Assembly (NCBI RefSeq): GCF_003334255.1
Contig: NZ_QOWU01000024.1
Origin: Escherichia coli
GTDB lineage: Bacteria; Pseudomonadota; Gammaproteobacteria; Enterobacterales; Enterobacteriaceae
DNA: 64,000 bases
Strand: one strand, 5' to 3'
Part shown: one piece after another, positions 53,480 through 64,000 of the stretch
Position numbering within the stretch: position 1 is the stretch's first letter
Layout of the letters: the number at the start of each line of letters is the position of its first letter
Notes under the pieces: model-generated
The model's database searches: none
What the model saw: only the letters and a program-made list of their open reading frames with translations
What the model was told of the DNA's origin: nothing
Position numbers and translations under genes: made by a program

Positions 53480-54691
53480 TTAACCAAACCAGTGATGGAA
53501 CATTAATTTAATGTAATCAATGATTTTGCCGAAGAAGTTACCTTCCGGGATTTCTTGCAACACAACCAGCGGGCGTTGCTCGATCGTTTTGCCATCAAGC
53601 TGGAAGTTGATAGTTCCGACGACCTGATTCTTTTGCAGCGGCGCATGCAATTCACTGCTGTTCAGCACATAGCTGGCTTTCAGATCTTTCATGCGACCAC
53701 GCGGAATGGTCAGGTACACGTCTTTATCAACCCCTAACGAAGCGCGATCAGAATCACCAAACCAAACCGGTTCAGAGGCGAACTCTTTACCTACTTTCAG
53801 TGGGTTAACGGTTTCAAAGAAACGGAAGCCCCAGGTTAGCAGTTTTTTACTTTCGGCTTCACGGCCTTTAAAAGTACGTCCGCCCATTACCGCAGAAATC
53901 AAGCGCATCTGGCCTTCAGTCGCAGAAGCAACAAGGTTGTAACCTGCTTTGTCAGTGTGTCCGGTTTTGATGCCGTCGACATTCAGGCTGTTATCCCATA
54001 ACAGGCCGTTACGGTTCAGCTGGCGAATACCGTTAAACGTAAATTCTTTTTCTTTATAGATCGAGTATTCATTCGGTACGTCACGGATCAATGCCTGGCC
54101 GATCAGCGCCATATCTCGCGCGGAGCTGTACTGACCATCAGCATCCAGACCATGTACCGTCTGGAAGTGGGTATTTTTCAGGCCCAGTGCGTTAACGTAG
54201 CTGTTCATCAAGCCAACAAAAGCGTCCTGGCTACCAGCGGCAAAATCGGCCATGGCGACACAAGCATCGTTACCCGATTGCAGGTTAATACCGCGGATCA
54301 GCTGAGAAACCGGAACCTGCATGCCCGGTTTGAGGAACATCAGCGAAGAACCTTTAAACACCGGGTTACCGGTGGCCCATGCGTCGTTGCCGATAGTGAC
54401 TAAATCAGTTTCTTTAAATTTACCGGCTTTCATTGCCTGGCCGATAACGTAACTGGTCATCATTTTGGTCAGGCTGGCAGGATCGCGGCGGACATCTGCG
54501 TTCTGTTCGGCGAGCACTTTGCCGGAGTTATAGTCAATCAGGATGTAGGACTCCGCATCGATCTGCGGTACACCCGGGATCATAGTTTTGATATTCAGGT
54601 CATCGGCATGTGCAGCAGAGATAAAGGCTGTGCAAAGAGCCGTGGTGAGCGCCAGGCGCTTCATGATACGAGCGGAAAAAATGGTATTCAT
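53480..54691 (-). CDS. dacA: D-alanyl-D-alanine carboxypeptidase, penicillin-binding protein 5
   Basis: Translation from [29 protein letters not shown] (403 aa); SLTK active-site motif (in [10 protein letters not shown]), SGN and KTG motifs; track ORF starts 24 codons upstream. Confidence 0.95.
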
Positions 54692-54829
54692 GGTCTGAAC
54701 TACGACATCCGTGATGGAATTAAAAAAGTGCCCTACTATAGCAAATGCACTACCGGCAGGCATCTGACTTTCCGCGTGACTTTGTTAACGTCATTTACAG
54801 AAATTGACACATCAGATGCCTGCTTTACG

Positions 54830-55918
54830 CTACTGCGCGGTAGTAATAAATGACTGTAATTGGGCTTCGGTTTGCAAACGTTGCTGCAAGGTACTGGCTT
54901 CGGCTTTGCTGGCGAATGGGCCAAGCTGGATCCGCCAGACCGCGCCATTTTGAGTTACGCGACCGGGGACGCCGAACTTCTGTCCCAGTTGCTGTTGGTA
55001 CTGTTGCGCACGAGCCTGATCGCTTACGGCCCCGACTTGCACCATAAAGTTGCCGCTGGCGCTTTGCGAGACGGCTTGCGGTGTCACCATTGCAGGCGAG
55101 GTTGCAGGCGTTGTCGACGGAGCTGTAACAACGGGCTGTGGCGCAGGCGTCGGTTCGCTGCCTTCCAGTACACCAGGCGCTAAGGTCGTTGGTGCGCCGA
55201 GGAAACCGCTACTGGTTACCGGCGCGCCGGTCGGATCTTCGCTTTTTAGCGTCGAATTACTGACCGGAAGAATGTCACCCTGCGGGCCAGACACTGAACT
55301 TGTTCCCGCGCCACCGCTTAAATCGGGAGGTGCAGGCAGGGCGTAAGTCTGTTTGGCGACTGTGGTACAAGCCATACCAGGACCAGAAAGCGAACCATCC
55401 TGGGCAACAATAATCGGATCGATACGAACTTTGGTGTTGTTTGACGTGTTAAGACGGTCAGCTGCCGCGCGAGAAAGTGAAATAACGCGGTCGTTGCCGT
55501 AAGGGCCGCGATCATTAATGCGCACCACGATCATTCGCCCGTTAGCCAGGTTAGTGATTCTGGCGTAGCTGGGGATCGGAAGCGTTGGATGGGCTGCCGT
55601 CAGCTGTGTCGGATCGAATGCTTCGCCAGAGGCCGTCAGGTTACTGCCGGGTTCGGCATCATAGATTGCCGCCAGTCCCGCCTGGCTAAATCGAGACGGA
55701 TCCTGCACGATTTTGTAGCTTTTACCGTCGCGCTGGTAATCCTGATTTGCCGTCGCGTTCAGTGGTTCGAAACGCGGGTCCGCCCCGCTAATTTCAACTA
55801 TAGGGCCGTTACATACCGCAGGCTGCGGTACACTTACCGTCTGTTGCTGACCATCATCGCTTGTACATGCCGCGAGCATTCCTGCCGCGATGCAGATCCC
55901 GAGCCACTGCTTACGCAT
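54830..55918 (-). CDS. rlpA: Septal lytic transglycosylase / rare lipoprotein A (DPBB plus SPOR domain)
   Basis: 362 aa; lipoprotein signal AAGMLAAC; Pro/Thr/Ala-rich linker; recognised as RlpA. Confidence 0.93.
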   Translation of the reverse strand: MRKQWLGICIAAGMLAACTSDDGQQQTVSVPQPAVCNGPIVEISGADPRFEPLNATANQDYQRDGKSYKIVQDPSRFSQAGLAAIYDAEPGSNLTASGEAFDPTQLTAAHPTLPIPSYARITNLANGRMIVVRINDRGPYGNDRVISLSRAAADRLNTSNNTKVRIDPIIVAQDGSLSGPGMACTTVAKQTYALPAPPDLSGGAGTSSVSGPQGDILPVSNSTLKSEDPTGAPVTSSGFLGAPTTLAPGVLEGSEPTPAPQPVVTAPSTTPATSPAMVTPQAVSQSASGNFMVQVGAVSDQARAQQYQQQLGQKFGVPGRVTQNGAVWRIQLGPFASKAEASTLQQRLQTEAQLQSFITTAQ

Positions 55919-55928
55919 TGCGCACCTC

Positions 55929-57041
55929 TTACACGCTTTTCGACAACATTTTCCTGTGGGTGTGGATTGACATTACAATCCCGAACCCAGCCATCAGCAC
56001 AATTAGCGCCGATCCTCCATAACTGACCAGTGGGAGCGGAACCCCTACAACCGGCAGAATACCGCTTACCATACCAATATTTACGAAGACATAAACGAAT
56101 AATATCAGCATTAAGCCGCCAGCCATGACGCGACCAAAGGTGGTTTGCGCTCTGGCGGCTATCCACAGCCCGCGCATGATCAGCAGAATGTAGAGAGCGA
56201 GCAGAATCAGAATGCCCACTAATCCCAGCTCTTCCGCCAGTACCGCGAAGATAAAGTCAGTATGGCGTTCGGGGAGAAATTCAAGCTGTGACTGAGTGCC
56301 GTGCAGCCAGCCTTTGCCGCGTAATCCGCCGGAGCCAATAGCAATTTTAGACTGAATAATGTGATAGCCCGCGCCGAGTGGGTCTGATTCCGGGTCCAGG
56401 AGCATCATTACGCGCTGGCGCTGGTAATCATGCATCAGGAAGAACCACAGAATCGGAATGAACGCCGCTACCAGCACTACTGCGACGCCAATCAGACGCC
56501 AGCTAAGGCCAGAGAGGAACAGTACAAACAGACCGGAAAGCGCAACGAGGATTGATGTTCCCAGGTCAGGCTGTGCAGCCACCAGCAGCGTGGGCATAAA
56601 TATCAGCACCAGCGCGATGCCAGTGTTCTTCAACGATGGCGGGCAAACGTCGCGGTTGATAAAGCGCGCAACCATCAGTGGTACGGCTATTTTGGCAATT
56701 TCCGACGGCTGAAAACGAACAATACCGAGGTCCAGCCAGCGTTGAGCACCTTTAGAGATGGCACCGAAAGCATCTACCGCCACCAGCAAAATAATACAGA
56801 TGATATAGAGATAGGGGGCCCAGCCTTCATAAACGCGTGGAGGAATTTGCGCCATCACCACCATGATGACCAGACCCATCGCGATTTGGCCGATTTTACG
56901 CTCCATCATGCCAATATCCTGACCGCTGGCGCTCCAGATAACCAGGGCGCTGTAAACCAGCAATGCCAGTAAGATCAGCAGCATTGTGGGATCGAGATGG
57001 ACTTTATCCCAGAATGTTTTTTTATTCGGATTATCCGTCAT
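55929..57041 (-). CDS. mrdB: Peptidoglycan glycosyltransferase RodA (SEDS family)
   Basis: 370 aa polytopic membrane protein recognised as RodA. Confidence 0.95.
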   Translation of the reverse strand: MTDNPNKKTFWDKVHLDPTMLLILLALLVYSALVIWSASGQDIGMMERKIGQIAMGLVIMVVMAQIPPRVYEGWAPYLYIICIILLVAVDAFGAISKGAQRWLDLGIVRFQPSEIAKIAVPLMVARFINRDVCPPSLKNTGIALVLIFMPTLLVAAQPDLGTSILVALSGLFVLFLSGLSWRLIGVAVVLVAAFIPILWFFLMHDYQRQRVMMLLDPESDPLGAGYHIIQSKIAIGSGGLRGKGWLHGTQSQLEFLPERHTDFIFAVLAEELGLVGILILLALYILLIMRGLWIAARAQTTFGRVMAGGLMLILFVYVFVNIGMVSGILPVVGVPLPLVSYGGSALIVLMAGFGIVMSIHTHRKMLSKSV

Positions 57042-57043
57042 GA

Positions 57044-58945
57044 TTAATGGTCCTCCGCTGCGGCAACCGCTGGATTTTCCGCAGGCAGATCGGTGTTGTT
57101 ATCACCCAGCATAATGTGGTCGAGGATCTGGCGCATCAGTGTACCAACCGCCGGACCCGCACCACCGTTCTCCAGAATCATGGCGACAGCCACTTGCGGA
57201 TTGTTGTATGGCGCAAAGGCGGTCATCAGTTTGTGGTCACGTAAACGCTCGGCAATTTTGTGCGCATTATAGGTTTCGTTCGCTTTCAGACCGAAGACCT
57301 GAGCGGTACCGGATTTCGCCGCAATTTTGTACGGTGCGCTAGCAAAGTATTTATGCGCCGTACCGTTAGGGCGGTTAGCAACACCGTACATACCGTCTTT
57401 CGCCAGCTCCCAGTAACCGGAATGAATATCGCCGACGGGCGGTTCATGCGGCTGTACCCATGGCACCTGTTTGCCGTCTTCGGCGGTGCTCATCAGCAAA
57501 TGAGGAACCTTCACGATACCGTCATTAATCAGGATCATCAGTGCCTTACTCATCTGGATTGGGGTCGCTGTCCAGTAACCCTGACCGATACCAACCGGAA
57601 TGGTGTCACCCTGATACCACGGTTTTTTAAAGCGTTTCTGTTTCCATTCGCGGGTAGGCATGTTGCCGGAACGTTCTTCCGCCAGGTCGATACCGGTGTA
57701 ATGACCATAACCGAATTTACCCATCCATTCGGAGAGGCGATCGATCCCCATATCGTAGGCCACCTGATAGAAGAAGGTATCCGCAGATTCTTCCAGCGAT
57801 CTTGTGACATTCAGACGCCCGTGGCCCCATTTTTTCCAGTCACGATAACGTTTTTCCGAACCTGGCAGTTGCCACCAGCCTGGGTCAAACAGCGTCGTAT
57901 TGCGCGTGATCACCCCGGCGCTCAATGCCGAAACCGCCACATAGGGTTTAACTGTAGACGCGGGAGGATAAACCCCCTGTGTGGCGCGGTTCACCAGCGG
58001 TGTATTCGGATCGTTCAACAAGGCGGAATAATCTTTGCTGGAGATACCGTCAACAAACAAGTTTGGGTCATAACTAGGCGTGGAAACCAGCGCCAGCACC
58101 CCACCTGTACGCGGATCGGTGACTACCACAGCTGCGCGGCTACCCGCCAGCAGCGTTTCAATATATTGCTGGAGTTTGAGATCCAGCGTCAGGTAAATAT
58201 CGTGTCCGGCTTGCGGTGGTACTTCTTTTAACTGGCGAATAACACGCCCACGGTTGTTAACTTCAACCTCTTCATAACCGGTCTGACCGTGCAGCACATC
58301 TTCATAGTAACGCTCAATGCCCAGCTTACCGATATCATGCGTTGCCGCATAGTTGGCCAGTTTGCCGTCATTATTCAGGCGTTCGACGTCTTTATCGTTG
58401 ATTTTCGACACATAGCCGATGACGTGGGTCAACGCCGAACCGTAAGGATAGTAACGACGTTTATAGCCTTTAACTTCGACACCCGGAAAACGGTACTGAT
58501 TGACGGCAAAGCGAGCTACTTGTACTTCGGTCAGGTTAGTTTTCACCGGAATAGAGGTGAAACGGTGTGAACGTGCGCGCTCTTTTCGGAATGCAGCAAT
58601 ATCGTCATCGGTCAGATCTACCACGCTGCGCAAAGCGTCCAGCGTTTGCTGCACGTTATCGACTTTCTCCGGCATCATTTCTATCTGGTAGATAGTGCGG
58701 TTGAGGGCCAGAGGGATACCGTTACGATCGTAGATAATGCCGCGGCTGGGCGCGATAGGCACCAGCTTAATGCGGTTTTCATTAGAGCGGGTCTGGTAGT
58801 CGGTAAAGCGAACAATTTGCAGATTATACAGGTTGGCGATAAGCACGCCGGTCAGCAGCAAAATCCCCAAAAAGGCGACCAGCGCCCGGCGCACAAACAG
58901 CGCGGACTCTGCCGTATAGTCGCGAAAAGAGTTCTGTAGTTTCAT
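57044..58945 (-). CDS. mrdA: Peptidoglycan D,D-transpeptidase, penicillin-binding protein 2
   Basis: 633 aa; transpeptidase motifs STVK and KSGTA; recognised as PBP2. Confidence 0.95.
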   Translation of the reverse strand: MKLQNSFRDYTAESALFVRRALVAFLGILLLTGVLIANLYNLQIVRFTDYQTRSNENRIKLVPIAPSRGIIYDRNGIPLALNRTIYQIEMMPEKVDNVQQTLDALRSVVDLTDDDIAAFRKERARSHRFTSIPVKTNLTEVQVARFAVNQYRFPGVEVKGYKRRYYPYGSALTHVIGYVSKINDKDVERLNNDGKLANYAATHDIGKLGIERYYEDVLHGQTGYEEVEVNNRGRVIRQLKEVPPQAGHDIYLTLDLKLQQYIETLLAGSRAAVVVTDPRTGGVLALVSTPSYDPNLFVDGISSKDYSALLNDPNTPLVNRATQGVYPPASTVKPYVAVSALSAGVITRNTTLFDPGWWQLPGSEKRYRDWKKWGHGRLNVTRSLEESADTFFYQVAYDMGIDRLSEWMGKFGYGHYTGIDLAEERSGNMPTREWKQKRFKKPWYQGDTIPVGIGQGYWTATPIQMSKALMILINDGIVKVPHLLMSTAEDGKQVPWVQPHEPPVGDIHSGYWELAKDGMYGVANRPNGTAHKYFASAPYKIAAKSGTAQVFGLKANETYNAHKIAERLRDHKLMTAFAPYNNPQVAVAMILENGGAGPAVGTLMRQILDHIMLGDNNTDLPAENPAVAAAEDH

Positions 58946-58975
58946 CCGCTGCGTTTTCTACTCAAAGCTCCCTTA

Positions 58976-59443
58976 TCACTCACGGTGATAAGGATGGTTG
59001 GTGGTGATGCTCCACGCCCGGTACAGACTCTCTGCGACCAGCACGCGAACCAGCGGATGGGGGAGGGTAAGCGCCGACAGCGACCAGCTCTGCTCAGCCG
59101 CCGCTTTACAGGCAGGCGACAACCCTTCAGGCCCGCCAATCAGTAGACTGACGTCGCGACCATCCAGCTTCCAGCGTTCCAGCTCAGCGGCTAACTGCGG
59201 CGTATCCCAGGGCTTGCCTGGAATATCGAGGGTGACAATGCGGTTTTTGCCTGCGGCCGCCAACATCTGCTCACCCTCTTTGTCGAGTATGCGCTTGATG
59301 TCCGCATTCTTGCCGCGTTTTCCGGCCGGAATTTCAATCAGCTCGAAGGGCATATCTTTCGGAAAACGACGCAGGTACTCGGTAAAACCGGTTTGTACCC
59401 AGTCCGGCATTTTCGTTCCCACGGCGACAAGTTGCAGCTTCAC
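58976..59443 (-). CDS. rlmH: 23S rRNA (pseudouridine1915-N3)-methyltransferase
   Basis: 155 aa [27 protein letters not shown]... recognised as RlmH (YbeA). Confidence 0.95.
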
Positions 59444-59446
59444 GCA

Positions 59447-59782
<336 letters not shown>

Positions 59783-60023
59783 TCAAATAGATAAAAATGG
59801 TCTGTCAGTATACCTGAACCAGAGGCGATTTCGGGACAATTGTCGCCGAATCGGCTTTCGAAAGTGGGCTATCATCCCACCCCGCGCCGCAGATTGCATC
59901 GCCATTTTTGTAAAACAATTTCTACAAAGTCGTGTCTGGCGGAAAAAGTCTGGCTGCGGAGAATATCAGCCTGCCCGGGTCTGTCAATGGTCGTTGCGGC
60001 TTACCCGTAAAAAAACAGAAAAG

Positions 60024-60635
60024 TCATGCATTCTCGACCCCGATGGCACGGCTATTGAGGACGCGTAGCGTCGCGAATTTTTGGTTGATATCAATGGCGC
60101 TCCAACACCCCTGGTCAACGCGAAAATGCCACATAGCCTCGGCAGGCATGCCAATTAAACGGGCGATTAACAGACTCAGTACACCCTGATGGCTGACGAC
60201 TAAAATATTCTGATAGTGCTGAAATTCACTAAGCCTTGCGATAAAGCGTTCCACACGTTGCGAAAATGCCTGAAATCCTTCACCGTTCGTGGGGATTGCA
60301 TGCTGCCAGTCATTGCACCACGCGCTATAGTTTTCGGCATCTTCTTGCATGAGGTCGCGATGATGTCGCATCTCCCAGTCGCCAAAAAACATTTCGTTGA
60401 GTTCAGGTATGATTTGCACGGGGAGCTGGCGGTCACTGAGAACCAGTCGCGCGGTATGCTGTGCCCGTTCCAGTTCACTGCATAAAACCAGATCAAAGGA
60501 AACACCATGTAGCAGCGTATGCAGATTTTGCGCTTGCTCAATACCGCGCGCGGTCAGGGGGGTGGGCGCATGACCGCTGTAAAGACCATCGATATTCGCT
60601 TGCGTTTCACCATGACGAATTAACCACAGTCGCAT
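60024..60635 (-). CDS. cobC: Adenosylcobalamin/alpha-ribazole phosphatase (histidine phosphatase family)
   Basis: Translation from MRLWLIRHGETQAN (203 aa; RHGE catalytic motif). Confidence 0.92.
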   Translation of the reverse strand: MRLWLIRHGETQANIDGLYSGHAPTPLTARGIEQAQNLHTLLHGVSFDLVLCSELERAQHTARLVLSDRQLPVQIIPELNEMFFGDWEMRHHRDLMQEDAENYSAWCNDWQHAIPTNGEGFQAFSQRVERFIARLSEFQHYQNILVVSHQGVLSLLIARLIGMPAEAMWHFRVDQGCWSAIDINQKFATLRVLNSRAIGVENA

Positions 60636-60658
60636 CATGCCCTCCGTAACGACAGGTA

Positions 60659-61300
60659 TCAGCGATACAAGCCTTGTTGGTTAATGTAAGTCAGTACCGG
60701 TTCCGGCAATAAATCCTCACATGATTCACCGTTTTGCAAACGTTCGCGGATGATGGTCGCCGAGATGTTAAACCACGGCGTTTCAGCCAGATAAATTTTA
60801 CCGGCAGGCTGAAGGTGAAGATCTTCCGGGTTATGTGTCAAATGATCTTCCAGCCATTGCTGGTATTGCGGTTGCGCCATTTCAAGTGGGTAACCTGGAC
60901 GCCGACAGACGATCAAATGTGCATTGTCGAGTATCGTTTCGTATTCGTACCAGGTCGGAAAGGTCAGCAGTGAATCCTGACCAATAATAAACGCCAGCGG
61001 CACGTCCGGTCCTTGTTCCTGCCGCCACTCTTTCAGTGTTTGCGCAGTGTAAGAGGGGGCATTGCGCTTTAGCTCGCGTTCATCAAGAGTAAATAATGGC
61101 TTGTCGGCAATCGCCAGTTCAAGCATGTGTTTACGCTGCACGCTGTTCGCTTCCGGCTGGGGACGATGCGGAGGAACATTATTAGGGATGATTGTGACCC
61201 GCGTCAGACCAATCAAATTCGCCAGCGTTTCCACGGGTTTTAGATGACCATAGTGCACCGGATCAAAGGTGCCGCCAAACAGAGCCTGTAAAGATTTCAT
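60659..61300 (-). CDS. nadD: Nicotinate-nucleotide adenylyltransferase
   Basis: 213 aa; [11 protein letters not shown] nucleotidyltransferase motif. Confidence 0.95.
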
Positions 61301-61301
61301 A

Positions 61302-62333
61302 TCAACCGTCGATAAATACGTCCGCCAGGGGTTTATGGCACAACAGAAGAGATAACCCTTCCAGCTCTGCCCACACTGACTGACCGTAATCTTGTTTGAG
61401 GGTGAGTTCCGTTCGTGTCAGGAGTTGCACGGCCTGACGTAACTGCGTCTGACTTAAGCGATTTAACGCCTCGCCCATCATGCCCCGGCGGTTCTGCCAT
61501 ACCCGATGCTTATCAAACAACGCACGCAGTGGCGTATGGGCAGACTGGCGTTTCAGGTTAACCAGTAACAACAGTTCACGTTGTAATGTGCGCAACAAAA
61601 TAACCGGTTCGCTGCCTTCCAGACGCAGTTGCTGAAGAATATGCAATGCGCGCTTACTTTTTCCCATCAACAAAGCATCAACCCAATGAAAAGGGGTGAA
61701 ATGCGCGGCATCATTCACCGCCTGTTCAACGCGCGGTAATGTCAATTTGCCGTCTGGCCAGAGCAGCGATAAACGCTCCAGTGCCTGAGCCAGCGCCAGC
61801 AGGTTACCTTCATAACAGTAGCAGAGCACCTGATTTGCCGCGTCATCCAGTTCTAAGTTGAGCTGTTTTGCGCGCGCAGCAACCCAGCGGGGAAGCTGAG
61901 CCTGCTCCGGTGTCTGACAGGTCACCTGCACGCTGCGATTCGCAAGCGCAGTAAACCAGGCGGCATTTTCTTGCGCTTTGCTTAATTTATTACCGCGGAC
62001 GATCAACAGCAGGTCGTCATGCAGAAGTCCGGTGAGTGTGAGAAGTTGCTCATTGATCGCCGCATTCGGTCCGTTTTCTGGTAACAACAGCAATAGCGTT
62101 TGTCGACTGGCAAACAGACTCATAGCCTGGCATAACGAAAAGATCGCATTCCAGTCAGTGTTGGGATCAATGGAAAAAGTGTGGTGTTCTTCGAATCCTT
62201 GTGCCGCAGCTACCTGACGAACAGCGTCCTGGCTTTCCTGCAATAACAGAGGATCGTTACCAAGTAAAAGATACGCCGCGCGCAGCCCTTCATTGAGCTG
62301 CGCGCGGAGTTGTTCCGGGTACAACCGAATCAT
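61302..62333 (-). CDS. holA: DNA polymerase III delta subunit
   Basis: 343 aa [31 protein letters not shown]... recognised as HolA. Confidence 0.95.
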
Positions 62334-62914
62334 CAGTTACCCAGCGTGGTGGAGACGCGTGCAGGCGTTGCCGGAGTATCCGTTGTGGTCGACGTCTGTT
62401 CTTCGTCGGAACGAATATCCGCAGCACGGATGCTTGGCAGCTTACGAATCAGCTGTTCGGCAGCACGGTCGTACATCTCTTTTACGATCATGTCTTGTTC
62501 GTTATCTTTCGCTAACGCCATTTGCGGGTTATCGAAGAACGAACGGAAGACTTTGGCGCTAATCGGGTAGATATCACGGCCGGGGATCAACACGGTCGCA
62601 TTAACCGTCATGATCATCTGATACTCTGCTGTTTGACCGTTACGGAATACCGATGCGGTATCTTTCGCGATGCTCACTTTACCCAAACGCAAGGATGGAA
62701 CGTCCTTACGCGTGGTTTCTTTATCAAGCAACTCGACACCATTCAGACGTAACTGGTTACGCACCGCACGGCTTAATGGCCCGTTCGGATCGCCTGAGTC
62801 CAGGATCATGACCTTCATAGTGGAAGGAACCTGCGTGGTATCACGCAGATGCCAGCCACACCCGGCGGTGATTAACACCGCCAGAGATAACAACAATGTT
62901 GCCAGATATCGCAC
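62333..62914 (-). CDS. lptE: LPS assembly lipoprotein
   Basis: 193 aa; lipoprotein signal [13 protein letters not shown]; recognised as LptE (RlpB); 1-nt overlap with holA. Confidence 0.95.
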
Positions 62915-62928
62915 GCTTCCTCCCGCGC

Positions 62929-64000
62929 TTAGCCAACGACCAGATTGAGGAGTTTACCTGGTACGTAAATCACTTTACGTACAGTAACGCCATCAAGATA
63001 TTTTGCTACCAGATGTTCCTGGCCAGCACGTTCGCGAACCTGTTCTTCCGTTGCGTCCACCGGAACGGTGATTTTGGCACGGACTTTACCGTTAACCTGC
63101 ACCACGACCAGCGTGGAGTCTTCCACCATCGCTTTTTCGTCAGCAACCGGCCACGGCGCGTTGTCGATATCGCCTTCGCCTTTCAGTTCCTGCCACAGCG
63201 TGAAGCAGATGTGCGGGGTGAACGGGTTAAGCATACGGACAACGGCCAGCAGTGCTTCCTGCATCAGAGCGCGATCCTGCTCGCCATCGGTTGGTGCTTT
63301 CGCCAGTTTGTTCATCAGCTCCATAATCGCCGCAATTGCGGTGTTGAAGGTCTGACGACGGCCGATATCATCGGTCACTTTAGCGATCGTTTTATGCACA
63401 TCGCGACGCAGCGCTTTCTGATTTTCAGTCAGCGCATCAACGTTCAGTGCCGCAACATCACCTTTTGCTGTGTGCTCGTAAACCAGTTTCCAGACACGTT
63501 TCAGGAAGCGGTTAGCCCCTTCCACACCGGATTCCTGCCATTCGAGAGTCATATCAGCCGGAGAAGCAAACATCATAAACAGACGAACGGTGTCCGCGCC
63601 GTAACGTTCAACCATCACCTGCGGGTCGATACCGTTGTTCTTCGACTTGGACATTTTGCTCATGCCGGTATAAACCAGTTCATGGCCTGCCGCATCTTTC
63701 GCTTTCACGATACGGCCTTTCTCGTCACGTTCAACGATAGCATCAACCGGGGAAACCCAGTTACGTTCGCCGTTTTCGCCAACATAGTAGAAGGCATCTG
63801 CCAGCACCATACCCTGACACAGCAACTGTTTCGCTGGTTCGTCAGAGTTCACCATGCCTGCATCACGCATCAGTTTGTGGAAGAAGCGGAAGTAGAGCAG
63901 GTGCATAATGGCGTGTTCAATACCACCAATGTAGATATCCACCGGCAGCCAGTAGTTAGCCGCTTCGGAATCCAGCATACCTTCTTTGTACTGCGGGCAA
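62929..64000 (-). CDS. leuS: Leucyl-tRNA synthetase, C-terminal part only (gene continues beyond the window end)
   Basis: Open frame to the window edge; translation ...[12 protein letters not shown]... contains the class I KMSKS motif and the C-terminal domain of LeuS. Confidence 0.95.

Noticed and set aside
57260-58231. 323-aa ORF on the plus strand
   Set aside because: Antisense to mrdA (PBP2); shadow ORF.

Overview
This window reads as a contiguous stretch of Escherichia coli K-12-type core chromosome, and I found no clearly novel system in it. The identification rests on my recognition of the translated ORFs and on gene order; no database search was run. Content in order: the right terminus of an IS186-like insertion element (window starts inside it); the complete enterobactin locus (entD, fepA, fes, ybdZ, entF, fepE, fepCGD, entS, fepB, entCEBAH) with three Fur-box-bearing divergent promoter regions; cstA-ybdD; the poorly characterised ybdH, ybdL, ybdM, ybdN, ybdO block; dsbG, ahpCF, uspG, ybdR, rnk, rna; the citrate-fermentation cluster citTGXFEDC with divergent citAB (dpiBA); dcuC, pagP, cspE, crcB; a frameshifted C-N hydrolase pseudogene (ybeM); tatE, lipA, ybeF, lipB, ybeD; the cell-wall/ribosome cluster dacA, rlpA, mrdB, mrdA, rlmH, rsfS; then cobC, nadD, holA, lptE and the 3' part of leuS. 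No tRNA, rRNA, CRISPR array or prophage was seen. Where the six-frame track starts an ORF upstream of the start I recognise, I trimmed to the recognised start. The element most worth a second look is the overlapping ybdM/ybdN pair (ParB/sulfiredoxin-like DGxHR protein plus PP-loop SGGKDS ATPase) next to the AT-rich LysR gene ybdO; it looks like an IbrB/IbrA-type module whose function in K-12 is unresolved. Other observations are the ybeM frameshift, the IS186 junction, GC-rich palindromic repeat units in two intergenic regions, and a ~590 bp AT-rich gap between dcuC and pagP.
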